From an uncultured Chloroflexia bacterium (lineage in GTDB: Bacteria > Chloroflexota > Anaerolineae > B4-G1 > SLSP01): DNA of 64,000 nucleotides. The DNA is taken from positions 32,001 through 96,000 of the forward strand of contig CAVVUS010000040.1 in NCBI GenBank assembly GCA_963751345.1. The letters run 5' to 3'. Numbering within the stretch: position 1 is the stretch's first letter; each line of letters starts with the position of its first letter. The notes beneath the pieces are model-generated. The model did no database searches, was not told the DNA's origin, and saw nothing but the letters and a program-made list of their open reading frames with translations. Of this stretch, positions 34,643 to 44,839 are shown in pieces. The position numbers and the translations under genes are program-made.

Positions 34643-37198
34643 CTACCAGGGGACGTCCGGCCGATGCAGTCTGCCGACCCGAATGAGTTCACCGAGTTGC
34701 TCGCGCCGCTCGAGGTAGGCGATGAGTTCGCGCGCTTTGCCCGCTTTCCCGACTGCGTCCAGGACCTCGAAGTCCACGCCGAGATCGTAGCTCAGCGTGC
34801 GCAGTTCGTCTGCGTCAAAGCGCTCCACCAGGATCTGCCGCAGCCTCACCGCCTCCCGCTGCCTCCTGGTAAGGTCGACGCCGTCGAGTAGCGCCCTGAC
34901 GTCGGTGCGCTGACGCAGTCCGGGCGGCACGAAGCTCTTCTCACCCATCGCCTCCAGATCGAGCAGATACTGGTAATCCACGACAATCTCGGGGTGCTGC
35001 GGAAGCGGGACCTTTTCCTCGACGTGGATCCCGGAGATCGTGCTGTGAATCGTGTCAAAGTGGGATCGGACGATGCTTAGCAGCGCTCGCCGGGTGCGCT
35101 CGGGCCCCCTTACCCAGATACTGACGCACTTCTCCTCACGATCCGCCGCGATCAGCGCAACGTTGCCCTGATCGGCGACCATCACGCCGTTTCGCCAGTA
35201 GACATCCTCGGTAAGGTAGGGGTGCATACGGACGATGAACCGCGAGATCACGCTACCCGGGAGTACATTGTACTGATACTGGAAGGCCAACGCATCGTCC
35301 CACCCGCCGACGACGGGCGCCTCCTTGCTGAGAAGATCGGGCACCAGGTAACGGTCGTCGTCGTAGGCATCGAACGCGAAACAGAGTTCGAACTTCCGCA
35401 TCATATCCAGGATGAACTGATGTCGATGTCGCGGATAGGTCCGACGGTCCAGGATGTGGGACAGGTCCGAGCGCAGAAGACAGCCGTTCCGCCGCCGCAC
35501 AGCCTCATCATTGAGAATGTGGTAGACGCCGTTCGTAACCCACTCGGGGTTCAGGATATTGGTGTCCTCCAGCCTGGGATCATCCTGGAAATTCAACACG
35601 ATGCCGAGATCGTGGAGAAACCCGAGAAGGGTGCGCTGGCTGCGCTCGTCTGTGACGCCGTGCTTCTGGCAGATGTCGAGGTAGTCTTCATATGGGATGT
35701 AGTCCTTATCCACGGCCTCGACGTCGCGCTTTACCTCGAACCAGGACTCGATGAGCGCGTCACGCAGGTGCGGCATGCGCGTGACCTCGCGCACGATGCG
35801 TGCCTTCAGCTTGTCGATGCCGGTGCCGGTCGCGCACGACGTCGACACAATCGCCCGGATCTGGGGGTACTTCGCCTTTAGCCCACGCGAGTCCAGGTCC
35901 ATAGCGTGCAGGTCGCTCTTGTTGGCGACGACGATCACCGGCGAGTCTCCGCCGAAGCTCTGGATGATCTTGAGCCAATATTCGAGCCGGTTCTCCTCCT
36001 CATTGAGGCGCCCATCGAGCACCAGGAGGTAGAGCGTCCGTTTCGTAAGGAAGAACTGATGGGTGGCGTGCATGATCTCCTGCCCGCCGAAGTCCCAGAC
36101 GTTCAGCTGAATCCCCGTGTCATTCACCTGGATCGGCCACGACCGAATTGCGATTCCGTCTGTCTTTGGCTCCCACGGATCGTAAGTATCCGAAGTCAGC
36201 CGGTTGACGAGCGATGTCTTTCCCACGCTCCCCTGCCCCACCAGGACCATCTTGGCCTCGTTGAGCGGGCGTTTCTCGCCCCCTACGTGCTTGAGATAGT
36301 AGGTGAGGATGGCAGCCGGATCGTCCGTCTTGGCCAGGATCTCCGGAGGCACCGCCAGCGGGTTTTCGGAGAGGTCGAGCTTATCGAGGCTATCCAGCTT
36401 ACCGATCTCGACAGGCAGAGAAACAAGTTGGTTGTGGCGCACGTCCAGATGCCTCAGCCGGCGAAGCGCACTGATCTCGGATGGCAGAAACGTAATCGCG
36501 TTGTGATGCAGGATCAGAGCCATCAGCCGGTCGAGCTCGCCGATCTCGACCGGCAGGCTGCTCAAACGGTTGTTGTGGAGCTCGACGTACTCAAGGTTAC
36601 GCAGGTACTTGATGTCCGGGGGAATGGCGAGGACACGGGTATGATCGATCACCAGCCTTTCCAGACCGCTCAGACGCCAGACGCCCGGTGGAATCTCTAC
36701 CATCTCGTTGCGCCCCAGGTTGAGGAAGCTCAGCCGCACCAGGCGCGCGATTTCAAGGGGGATGGCCACAAGAGGGTTGCCCCAGAGCTGAAGATCCTCC
36801 AGCGCCAACAGCCGCAAGATGACCTGGGGGAAGATGTGGATGTGGTTCTGTCGCAGATCCAGGCTCGTCAGGCCTGTGAGCATCTCCATCTCGGGGGGCA
36901 ACGCCGTAAGCTGATTGCCGCGGAGATCCAATGATGTCAGCATCTTGAGCAGACCGATCTCAGGGGGAAGCGAGACCAATTGGTTGTTGCGCAGGTCCAG
37001 CTGGGTGAGCTGCCGCAACTGCCCCAGCTGTGGGGGCAGGGCGATCAGATCGTTCCCGCAGAGATCGAGGGACACAAGGTGGTCTAGCTTGCCGATCTCA
37101 GGCGGCAGGACCGTTAGCTCATTGTAGCTCAGATCAAGTACCTGAGCACCGGCTTGTGCTGCTTCGTCGATACGTCGCAGAATCTGCTCGTTAGTCAA
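34643..37198 (-). CDS. Roco protein: LRR-Roc GTPase-COR with a C-terminal effector-associated (EAD7-like) domain
   Basis: About 12 LRRs, GQGSVGKTS, WDFGGQE, NKSD, LHDLG, LNPEW; tail LRQILVERFDADELRTLSYDLGVDFE..GKARELIAYLERR. Confidence 0.9.
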   Translation of the reverse strand: MTNEQILRRIDEAAQAGAQVLDLSYNELTVLPPEIGKLDHLVSLDLCGNDLIALPPQLGQLRQLTQLDLRNNQLVSLPPEIGLLKMLTSLDLRGNQLTALPPEMEMLTGLTSLDLRQNHIHIFPQVILRLLALEDLQLWGNPLVAIPLEIARLVRLSFLNLGRNEMVEIPPGVWRLSGLERLVIDHTRVLAIPPDIKYLRNLEYVELHNNRLSSLPVEIGELDRLMALILHHNAITFLPSEISALRRLRHLDVRHNQLVSLPVEIGKLDSLDKLDLSENPLAVPPEILAKTDDPAAILTYYLKHVGGEKRPLNEAKMVLVGQGSVGKTSLVNRLTSDTYDPWEPKTDGIAIRSWPIQVNDTGIQLNVWDFGGQEIMHATHQFFLTKRTLYLLVLDGRLNEEENRLEYWLKIIQSFGGDSPVIVVANKSDLHAMDLDSRGLKAKYPQIRAIVSTSCATGTGIDKLKARIVREVTRMPHLRDALIESWFEVKRDVEAVDKDYIPYEDYLDICQKHGVTDERSQRTLLGFLHDLGIVLNFQDDPRLEDTNILNPEWVTNGVYHILNDEAVRRRNGCLLRSDLSHILDRRTYPRHRHQFILDMMRKFELCFAFDAYDDDRYLVPDLLSKEAPVVGGWDDALAFQYQYNVLPGSVISRFIVRMHPYLTEDVYWRNGVMVADQGNVALIAADREEKCVSIWVRGPERTRRALLSIVRSHFDTIHSTISGIHVEEKVPLPQHPEIVVDYQYLLDLEAMGEKSFVPPGLRQRTDVRALLDGVDLTRRQREAVRLRQILVERFDADELRTLSYDLGVDFEVLDAVGKAGKARELIAYLERREQLGELIRVGRLHRPDVPW

Positions 37199-37219
37199 GG
37201 ATGTCCCCCATGATGGTCT

Positions 37220-39871
37220 TCACTGGTCCCGGTATCGCTCAAGCTCGTCCCACTTGCCGTCCGCCAACAACCGAGCTTGCTCCGGCCAAGTTGCAGCGTA
37301 TTGTGCGCAGAGACCCGTCTCGCCGATGATATCGAGCAACCGGTCCGCCGTCAACCGGGCCAACTGGTCGAAGATACGCAGCCCTGCACTGTGCAGTGCT
37401 GCCTCGGCCCTCTCCCCCACCCCGTGAATCTGTCTGAAGTCATCCGGATGCACGAGGGTCCGCTCCTCCAACTCCCCCGTCCGGGAGTCTGCAGCGTATG
37501 GCAAGGGCGTTTCGTGCGCGCTAGCCTCGGGCGCGGTGGCGACTCGCCACCGATAGTCGCTGGCGAGGGACTGTCTGAAATCGGTAAGGACCCCGTCTCG
37601 CTTGTCTATGGCCCACGCATCACCAGTCCACCTGTACACCAACCCACAGCGAATCTGCTGGGCATAGGGCTGCTGGTTCCATCGATCGATCTCCGCATAG
37701 GCAGCGCGAATCCAGCCAATGTTCTGGTCGACCCAGCCCAGGTCATATTCGCCTGACGGTCGATGGATATGGTCCATCTCAGTAATGTAGACGGGCACGT
37801 CCCGCCAGCGCGAGGGAATCCGCTCCATGAAGACCCGGTAGGACTGGAAGTTGTAGTAGTGATCCCCAAGTGGTCCCGTGCCGTCGCCAAAGCGCTTCAG
37901 ATCCGTAATCCCGTCGAGGTTGGGACCGTGCGTGTAGGTGTGCAGGATCACACCATCGAGAACGTCGATATTCTCCATCATCGTCTCAAAGTAGTCCAGT
38001 GGCCGCCAGCGTACGTTGCCCAGCTTGGGCATAGGCGCGTAGTTGTAGGGGTCCAGTGCACCGGGACACACCGTCGCGTTGGGGAGCACTGCCTTGATCC
38101 TTGCATAGGTCCGATTGAACGCATCCGCGTACATCTCGGCTGTGATATGCTCCAGGGGATGCTCGAGCCCACCGGGGTGCTCGCGTGGGTTGTTTTGCTC
38201 GTTGCCGATCTGAATCGTCCACGTATAGTCGGCCGGCGATCGGCTGCTGTCGCCTAGATAGAGCTCCACCCAGCGAGCAGCGGCTGCGGCAAAGTCGTCA
38301 TAGAAACGCGACACGGGCAGAGTGCCACCGGGCTCGTAGCCGTGGTTGAGGCGTACGACTACGCCAAATCCCGCGTCCGCCCAGTTCCATACCCGCCTCC
38401 GGATTTCCGGAATGAAGTTGATCGCGTCGACGTAACGCCCACAGATCTCGGTGAAAAGCGTCCAACCGGCCTTGCCGGACTCTATATAGAGCCCGCGAAT
38501 GCGGTCGCGCATCAACTGGTCGTCGGACAGGGCGAGCGCGTGGATGCCGAAAATGTGCGGCGAGACGCCGGACCGTACGTCCTCGACGGTAGCTCGCACG
38601 CGGTCATCCTCACGAGCCGGGTAGCGGAGGTACCAGGCGGCAGTATAGCCCTCGTGAAGGGAGGGGGTGCGCACGTGGATCCAGGCGTCGTGCTGTCCCA
38701 CCTTTCCCCCCGTGATCGCGGGATCCTCCAGGGACGTCAGGACGGTCCGGTGGGGTATCGACCAGACCACCTCGTGGTCCGTCCCGGGTCCGGCGCGCAG
38801 TCTCAGTCCCAGTCCGGGGCTCTCGACGACAACTTCGGACGCGGGTGTGCCCTCCGGCGGTTGAGGAATCACCGGCTTGGCACCAAAGGGCTTGAGCTTC
38901 AGATACCGGGCCGCACAATACCCCACCTGGCCGGGGGGCGCCTGAACGTGAAGCCAAGCTTCCTGCTGACCCACACGCTCCTCGACGATCTCCAGGGCAT
39001 CGAGCGCCTTCATCACGGTGCCATCGGAGAATCTGGCGACCTCATCGTATTCGGTGCCGGGGCCGAAGCGCATCAGGAGGTTCTCACCGGAGGCGTCGAC
39101 GATGAGAAAGACCACGACGTCGGGATCGATGGGCGGGCGCGGATCGGCGTCGCCGAGAGAGAGGTACTGGGCCAGCGCCCACCCCACCAGCCCGGTCTCA
39201 GTCCTGACCCATAGCCAATGTCCGTCCCGGCCCACCTTCGCACGCGCGACAGCAGCCTCCTCCAGCGCGTCAAGCGTTGTGCCGTGCTCGACCTCGGTGA
39301 CCAACTTGGCACCGGTGAACGGCAGGGCCCATAGGTTCAGCGAGCCTGCTGACGGGCTGTTCACCGTAACGACTAATGACGGATCCGGTGTCTCGAAGGC
39401 CAGGTCCGCATTGCTGCCAAACTCGACCAGATAGGGCGCGGGGTCCACGAGATCATAGGGAAAGGGAGTTTCGCCACCTATCGTCGCCCCCGCTTTCTTG
39501 AGTCCCAGGTGCAGGTGCGCGCCTTTCGAGTAACCCGTGTTGCCCGAGAGGCCTATCAGTTGTTTGGCCTTGACAGCCTGCCCGCGGAGAACCACGACCT
39601 GCGAGAGATGTGCGTAGATCGTCTCATAGCCATCGGCGTGCTGCAGGCGGATCTGGTTGCCGTATGGCTTTAGCAACGGATCGGCGAGCGCATTTAGGCG
39701 AATGTCACCCACCAGCCCGTCGCTGACTGCGTAGACCGGACTGTGCTGAGGAGACATAATGTCGATCCCCTCATGCCCCGGCAGCCCGAACTTACCATAG
39801 AGCGCTGGATTCTCACCGAACTTCTGGGTGATCTTGCCGTACCGCGTAGGCCAGCGCATCTGGAAAGACAT
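37220..39871 (-). CDS. M23 peptidase, three SH3b-like repeats, TIM-barrel glycoside-hydrolase-like domain and HhH tail
   Basis: HEGID and HLHLG (M23); LRLRAGPGT..W.HV repeats; GNEQN and YITE; DDFRQIHGVG. Confidence 0.8.
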   Translation of the reverse strand: MSFQMRWPTRYGKITQKFGENPALYGKFGLPGHEGIDIMSPQHSPVYAVSDGLVGDIRLNALADPLLKPYGNQIRLQHADGYETIYAHLSQVVVLRGQAVKAKQLIGLSGNTGYSKGAHLHLGLKKAGATIGGETPFPYDLVDPAPYLVEFGSNADLAFETPDPSLVVTVNSPSAGSLNLWALPFTGAKLVTEVEHGTTLDALEEAAVARAKVGRDGHWLWVRTETGLVGWALAQYLSLGDADPRPPIDPDVVVFLIVDASGENLLMRFGPGTEYDEVARFSDGTVMKALDALEIVEERVGQQEAWLHVQAPPGQVGYCAARYLKLKPFGAKPVIPQPPEGTPASEVVVESPGLGLRLRAGPGTDHEVVWSIPHRTVLTSLEDPAITGGKVGQHDAWIHVRTPSLHEGYTAAWYLRYPAREDDRVRATVEDVRSGVSPHIFGIHALALSDDQLMRDRIRGLYIESGKAGWTLFTEICGRYVDAINFIPEIRRRVWNWADAGFGVVVRLNHGYEPGGTLPVSRFYDDFAAAAARWVELYLGDSSRSPADYTWTIQIGNEQNNPREHPGGLEHPLEHITAEMYADAFNRTYARIKAVLPNATVCPGALDPYNYAPMPKLGNVRWRPLDYFETMMENIDVLDGVILHTYTHGPNLDGITDLKRFGDGTGPLGDHYYNFQSYRVFMERIPSRWRDVPVYITEMDHIHRPSGEYDLGWVDQNIGWIRAAYAEIDRWNQQPYAQQIRCGLVYRWTGDAWAIDKRDGVLTDFRQSLASDYRWRVATAPEASAHETPLPYAADSRTGELEERTLVHPDDFRQIHGVGERAEAALHSAGLRIFDQLARLTADRLLDIIGETGLCAQYAATWPEQARLLADGKWDELERYRDQ

Positions 39872-39968
39872 TCAGAGCCTCCTCGCCTCGCGGACACCCG
39901 CAAGCGCGCCAGGGGGACCGTAGGGTTACAGTTAGGTTACGATTGCGTGAACAAGACAGCGCGCCTTC

Positions 39969-39997
39969 AGTATAAGAGCGGTTATGGACTATGTCAA
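39969..39997 (-). promoter_or_regulatory. Promoter of the M23-Roco operon
   Basis: TTGACA-17-TATACT. Confidence 0.7.
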
Positions 39998-40021
39998 CAA
40001 AAAGTCGCTACCCCCAGGGGG

Positions 40022-40049
40022 TTGCGAAGTTCGGCGCAGCAGGTAGAAT
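40022..40049 (+). promoter_or_regulatory. Promoter of rsgA
   Basis: TTGCGA-16-TAGAAT. Confidence 0.5.
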
Positions 40050-40100
40050 CCGGTTGGTGTCTGAGAGGCATTCGCGCGACGCGTTTCGTCTCATAACCGC

Positions 40101-41126
40101 ATGCGCGGAACGTGCTCAAACCAACCCATAGGAGAGAGGGATTCCCTGAACGAAGGACTGATTGTCAAGTCACAGAGCGGCTTCTACGCGATCCTGACCG
40201 ATGACGGCGAGGAGATCGTCGCCAGCGTCCGTGGAAGGCTAAAGAAGGAACGCAACGAGGCGACGTTGGTCGCTGTAGGCGACCGCGTCGTGTGGCAACC
40301 CCTGGTCGATGGCGGCTACGTCATCGAGGACGTTCTTGAGCGCCGGCGCACCCTCTCCCGGCTCAAGCCCTTAGCGTCGGGGCGGGGAACGCGCCGGTGG
40401 GATCGGCAGGGCTATCTCAGGGAGCAAGAACAGGTCATCATTGCCAACCCCGATCAGGTCGTCTTTGTGGTGGCCTGTGCCAACCCAGAGCCCCGTCTGA
40501 AGATGCTCGACCGGCTCCTGGTCGGCGCCGAGCGACAGGAAATCCCCTCGGTGATCTGCGCCAACAAGACCGATCTGATAGGTCTTGAGGCGGCGCGCGC
40601 GCTATTCGGGGTCTACGAGAAGATCGGCTATCCCGTCGTCTACACCAGTGCACGGACGCACGCGGGGATCGACGAGTTGCGTGCGCATCTGGTCGGCGCC
40701 ACGTCCGCCCTGATCGGACCCTCCGGCGTGGGCAAATCGAGCTTGCTCAACGCGCTTGAGCCGGGGCTAGGACAGCGTGTGATGGACGTAAGTTCCGCCA
40801 CGGGCAAAGGGCGTCATACAACCACGGTCGCAGAACTTGTGCCGCTCGCGGCAGGAGGATGGGTCGCCGACACGCCCGGGATTCGGGCATTGGCGCTCTT
40901 CGATCTCGACCCTGAAGAGATCGATGCCTACTTTCCGGACATCGCCCCGTATGTCCCCCAGTGCGCTTTCTCCGATTGCACCCATACCGTCGAACCAGGC
41001 TGTGCCGTGATCCAAGCCCTCGAGCGGGGAGAGATCGACCGGCACCGCTACGAGAGCTACGTCCGTCTCCACCTGGAACATAGCAAACTCGCCGACATGT
41101 ATTGGTGGGGCATCGACGAAGGATAG
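40101..41126 (+). CDS. rsgA: Ribosome small subunit-dependent GTPase A
   Basis: NKTD, GPSGVGKSS, GRHTT, DTPG, CAFSDCTHTVEPGC. Confidence 0.95.
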   Translation: MRGTCSNQPIGERDSLNEGLIVKSQSGFYAILTDDGEEIVASVRGRLKKERNEATLVAVGDRVVWQPLVDGGYVIEDVLERRRTLSRLKPLASGRGTRRWDRQGYLREQEQVIIANPDQVVFVVACANPEPRLKMLDRLLVGAERQEIPSVICANKTDLIGLEAARALFGVYEKIGYPVVYTSARTHAGIDELRAHLVGATSALIGPSGVGKSSLLNALEPGLGQRVMDVSSATGKGRHTTTVAELVPLAAGGWVADTPGIRALALFDLDPEEIDAYFPDIAPYVPQCAFSDCTHTVEPGCAVIQALERGEIDRHRYESYVRLHLEHSKLADMYWWGIDEG

Positions 41127-41285
41127 GAGCCGGAGATTGTTGCCTAAGCCCGGCCTCCCGGTACAATGTAAATTAGTAGACGTTGGTCTGACTTAGCGCC
41201 GACCGCTTCCGGGCAGGTATGTGGCGGGAGGCCGCGTCACGCAGGACTGAGGATTCGCCGGACATTCCGGCACGGAGGATTACTG

Positions 41286-41987
41286 ATGCACAAGAGCAGA
41301 AGTCCCATCCTGATCGTCGTCACCTTGCTGCTGTTTGTCGCGGTTGCACCCGCACAGGCCGCACCGGTGTTGCCGGCGTCCCTCACTCAGCCATCGCTGG
41401 CCACGGCGCTGCCACCGCTCCCACAGTGGCCGATCATAGGACCCATCCTCAAGATGCTGGGGGTCGTCCCGGCACAGCCGCCCGCGGAGATCTTGCCGGT
41501 GCCGGATCCCACCTTGCCTGAGTATAGGGTCAGCACGCTGGACGACCTGAACCAGCTTCAGGACATCGAGCCGGGGCAGCACGTCCGCGTCGTCGCCTCC
41601 GACGCGGACCTCAACCAAATCGCCAAGCAGGTGCTGGACGAGAAGGTAGGAAGCGGTGCCAGCGCAAGCGTTAGCTTCGACACCAATCTCATCGCCGTCC
41701 AGGCGACAGGCAGCGCCGATCTGATCAAGCAGATCGGCTTCGACGTGCCTTCGCTGGTCAGGGGGACCCTCACCTTGAGCACCACGATGACCGTCTCGGC
41801 GGCCAACTGCCGCCCCGTGGTCCAGATCCAGACGCTGGGCGTCAACGGCTGGAGCGTAGGCTTGCGAGGCATCGTGCAGCGCGGCCTCAACGCGCAGTTG
41901 CCCGGCATGTGGCCCACCGACGTCTGCGTGGAGAAGGTGATCGTCACGCCCGGCGAGATTGCCGTCGAGGGCTATAGAGTCCCGTAA
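41286..41987 (+). CDS. Secreted hypothetical protein
   Basis: Signal peptide ending AQA, Pro-rich N-region, GGAGG RBS. Confidence 0.7.
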   Translation: MHKSRSPILIVVTLLLFVAVAPAQAAPVLPASLTQPSLATALPPLPQWPIIGPILKMLGVVPAQPPAEILPVPDPTLPEYRVSTLDDLNQLQDIEPGQHVRVVASDADLNQIAKQVLDEKVGSGASASVSFDTNLIAVQATGSADLIKQIGFDVPSLVRGTLTLSTTMTVSAANCRPVVQIQTLGVNGWSVGLRGIVQRGLNAQLPGMWPTDVCVEKVIVTPGEIAVEGYRVP

Positions 41988-41999
41988 GGAGGGCAAATC

Positions 42000-42941
42000 G
42001 TGAAGTATCGTCTGATGGGCAACTCCGGCCTGCGTGTCTCAGTCGTGGGCCTGGGTACAAACCGGTTCGGTAGCAAGGTCGATCAGCAGGGCGTCCACGC
42101 CATCATCGACGCTGCGCTCGACCTCGGCGTCACCCTGATCGACACCGCGGACACCTACGCCGGAGGGCGCTCGGAGGAGACCCTCGGCGTGGCGCTCAGA
42201 GGGCGATGGGATCACGTCGTCCTGGCCACCAAGGTCGAGAGCCCGACGGGCAAGGGGCCCAACGACCGCGGCGCCTCACGCTACCACATCATATCGGGCG
42301 TCGAGGCCAGCCTGCGGCGGCTCGACACGGACCACATCGATCTCTACCAGATGCACCACTGGGACGACGATACACCCATCGAGGAGACGCTTCGCGCGCT
42401 CGACGACCTCGTCACCTCCGGCAAGGTGCGCTACATCGGTGCGTCCAACTATGCATCGTGGCAGCTCGCCTACGCCAACCTCCTGGCCGAGATGCGAGGA
42501 TGGACACCCTTCGTGACAGTCCAGAACCACTATCATATGCTTGAGCGCCAGATCGAGCAGGAAGTTCTGCCCTATTGCCACGCCTACCAGGTCGGCGTCC
42601 TGCCCTTCTTCCCGCTGGCTGGCGGCTTCCTGACGGGCAAGTACCATCGCGGCGAGCCCGCGCCGGCGGGATCGCGTGGGGAGTCGAATCGTTACGTCCA
42701 GCAGTACATGACTGACGAGAATTTCACGCGTGTCGCGCGGATGAGCGCCTGGGCCGAGGCCCGCGGTCACTCGATGGTCGAGCTGGCCCACGCCTGGCTA
42801 CTCGGGCACCCGGAGGTCTGCTCCGTCATCTCGGGCGCGACCAAGGTCTCCCAGATACAGCAGAACGCCGCGTCGGCCGAGTGGGACCTGGATGCCGGCG
42901 ACATGGCGGAGGTGAATGCGATCCTTGAAGGGACAGCGTAG
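42000..42941 (+). CDS. Aldo/keto reductase
   Basis: IDTADTY, ATK, IDLYQMH, GKVRYIGASN, PLAGGFLTGKY. Confidence 0.93.
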   Translation: MKYRLMGNSGLRVSVVGLGTNRFGSKVDQQGVHAIIDAALDLGVTLIDTADTYAGGRSEETLGVALRGRWDHVVLATKVESPTGKGPNDRGASRYHIISGVEASLRRLDTDHIDLYQMHHWDDDTPIEETLRALDDLVTSGKVRYIGASNYASWQLAYANLLAEMRGWTPFVTVQNHYHMLERQIEQEVLPYCHAYQVGVLPFFPLAGGFLTGKYHRGEPAPAGSRGESNRYVQQYMTDENFTRVARMSAWAEARGHSMVELAHAWLLGHPEVCSVISGATKVSQIQQNAASAEWDLDAGDMAEVNAILEGTA

Positions 42942-42979
42942 CCGGTCGCCACGCTTCCCGGACGAGATCTCGCTCCACC

Positions 42980-43717
42980 ATGAAAGTCACCAAGCTCATC
43001 CTGCGGCGCGCCCTGAACGCGCTTGCACGTTTCCTCACGGGTGTACTGCTGAAGGTCGACGCGGACCAGTTGGCACGCATCCCGCTCAAGGGACCGATCA
43101 TCATCATCGTCAACCACGTCAATTTGCTGGAGCTGCCGACGATCTACACGCGGATCAGGAGCGACCTGGGCACGGGGTTCTCGAAAGCCGAAAACTGGGA
43201 CAACTGGATCTACCGCGTGCTCTTCAATAACTGGGACGTGATCCCGATCGAGCGCGACGCGCTCGACGTGTCGGCGATGCGCAAGGGGTTTGAGGCACTG
43301 GACAATGGTAGGATCCTCTTCATCACACCGGAGGGGACGCGCAGCCACGATGGGCGTCTCCAGGAGGGCAAACCCGGCGTCGTCCTGATGGCGCTGCGAA
43401 GCGGCGCACCGGTCTGGCCGGTCGCGTGCTACGGCGGGGAGGCCTTCTTCGACAACCTTAAGCACTTCCGCAGGACAGAATACCACATCGCAGTGGGGAA
43501 TCCCTTTAGCGTCCAGGCGACCAGGGGCCACGTCACCGGCGCCGTGCGGCGGCAGATCGTCGATGAGATGATGTACCAGATCGCGGCGTTGCTTCCCCCG
43601 CGCTACCGGGGAGCCTATAGCGATATGGAGGCCGCGACCAAAGAATTCCTCGTCTTCATCTCACCGGGGCAGAACAATCTTTCTCGCACGGAACCGTCTA
43701 GTGCTCAGCCAACCTAG
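42980..43717 (+). CDS. Lysophospholipid acyltransferase (PlsC family)
   Basis: NHVNLLE (HxxxxD/E), PEGTRS, KPG. Confidence 0.85.
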   Translation: MKVTKLILRRALNALARFLTGVLLKVDADQLARIPLKGPIIIIVNHVNLLELPTIYTRIRSDLGTGFSKAENWDNWIYRVLFNNWDVIPIERDALDVSAMRKGFEALDNGRILFITPEGTRSHDGRLQEGKPGVVLMALRSGAPVWPVACYGGEAFFDNLKHFRRTEYHIAVGNPFSVQATRGHVTGAVRRQIVDEMMYQIAALLPPRYRGAYSDMEAATKEFLVFISPGQNNLSRTEPSSAQPT

Positions 43718-43731
43718 AGGTCGCGATCATC

Positions 43732-43752
43732 ATCCTTCGCCTGCGGCTCAGG
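43732..43752. repeat. Partial copy of the REP-like element at 51673
   Basis: ATCCTTCGCCTGCGGCTCAGG is identical to 51676-51696. Confidence 0.8.
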
Positions 43753-43834
43753 GTCTCAGTCCTGCAAGGCCCAGGATGCCACTTCGCACGAATCGAGCCA
43801 ACTAACCACCCAGCCATTAGCCAAAGGAGGCACG

Positions 43835-44839
43835 ATGAACTACAAAGTATTGGGCTCCACAGGCGTCAAGGTCTCGTCGCTCTGTTTCGGGACGATGTCC
43901 TTCGGCGACGACGCCGACGAAGCAACATCCGCGGCGATGTTCCACCGCTGTCGCGATGCGGGGATCAACTTCTTCGACTGTGCCAACGTCTACGCGCACG
44001 GGCATTCCGAGGAAATCCTCGGTGCCCTGATCGCCGGCGCGCGCGACGAAATCGTCATCACCAGCAAGGCTTATTTCCCCACGAGCGGCGACGTCAACGC
44101 GCGCGGCGCACACCGCCGCCACTTGATGCAGGCTGTCGAGGGTAGCCTGCGCCGCCTGGGTACCGACACCATCGACGTCTACTTCATCCATCGCTTCGAC
44201 GAGACGACGCCGCTGGAGGAGACGCTGCGGGCGCTCGACGACCTCGTGAGCCAGGGCAAGATCCTCTATCCTGCGGCGAGCAACTTCGCGGCGTGGCAGG
44301 TGGAGAAGGCTCTGGGCCTCTCGGCGCGCCACAGTTGGGCGCGCTTCGAAGTACTCCAGCCGATGTACAACCTGGTCAAGCGCCAGGCCGAGGTGGAGCT
44401 CCTGCCGATGGCTCAGGCCGAGGGACTGGGCGTGACCCCCTATAGCCCGCTGGGCGGGGGCCTGCTGACCGGCAAGTACGGCGTGGACAAGCGGCCCGAG
44501 CACGGGCGGCTCGTCTCGAACGCGATGTACATGGAGCGCTACGCCGACGACTGGCTCTACCGCACGGCCGAGGACTTCACGACCTTCGCTAAGCAGAACG
44601 GCTACAACCCCGTCAGCCTGGCGGTCGCCTGGGTCGGTGGTCACCCTGCCGTAACAGCGCCCATCATCGGCGCTCGCAACGTCGACCAACTGGAGGGCTC
44701 GCTCGGCGCGCTGGATATAGATATGACACCCGACCTGCGGGATGCGATCTCCGCGCTCTCGCTAGAACCGCCTCCCGCGACCGACCGCAGCGAGGAGAAG
44801 ACCGGCGACAAGTTCAGCGCGAAGCTGACCAAGAACTAG
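43835..44839 (+). CDS. Aldo/keto reductase
   Basis: FDCANVY, IDVYFIH, YSPLGGGLLTGKY. Confidence 0.93.
   Translation: MNYKVLGSTGVKVSSLCFGTMSFGDDADEATSAAMFHRCRDAGINFFDCANVYAHGHSEEILGALIAGARDEIVITSKAYFPTSGDVNARGAHRRHLMQAVEGSLRRLGTDTIDVYFIHRFDETTPLEETLRALDDLVSQGKILYPAASNFAAWQVEKALGLSARHSWARFEVLQPMYNLVKRQAEVELLPMAQAEGLGVTPYSPLGGGLLTGKYGVDKRPEHGRLVSNAMYMERYADDWLYRTAEDFTTFAKQNGYNPVSLAVAWVGGHPAVTAPIIGARNVDQLEGSLGALDIDMTPDLRDAISALSLEPPPATDRSEEKTGDKFSAKLTKN

Noticed and set aside
36350-37140. Periodic ~69-nt similarity suggesting an array
   Set aside because: These are leucine-rich repeat codons, not CRISPR repeats.
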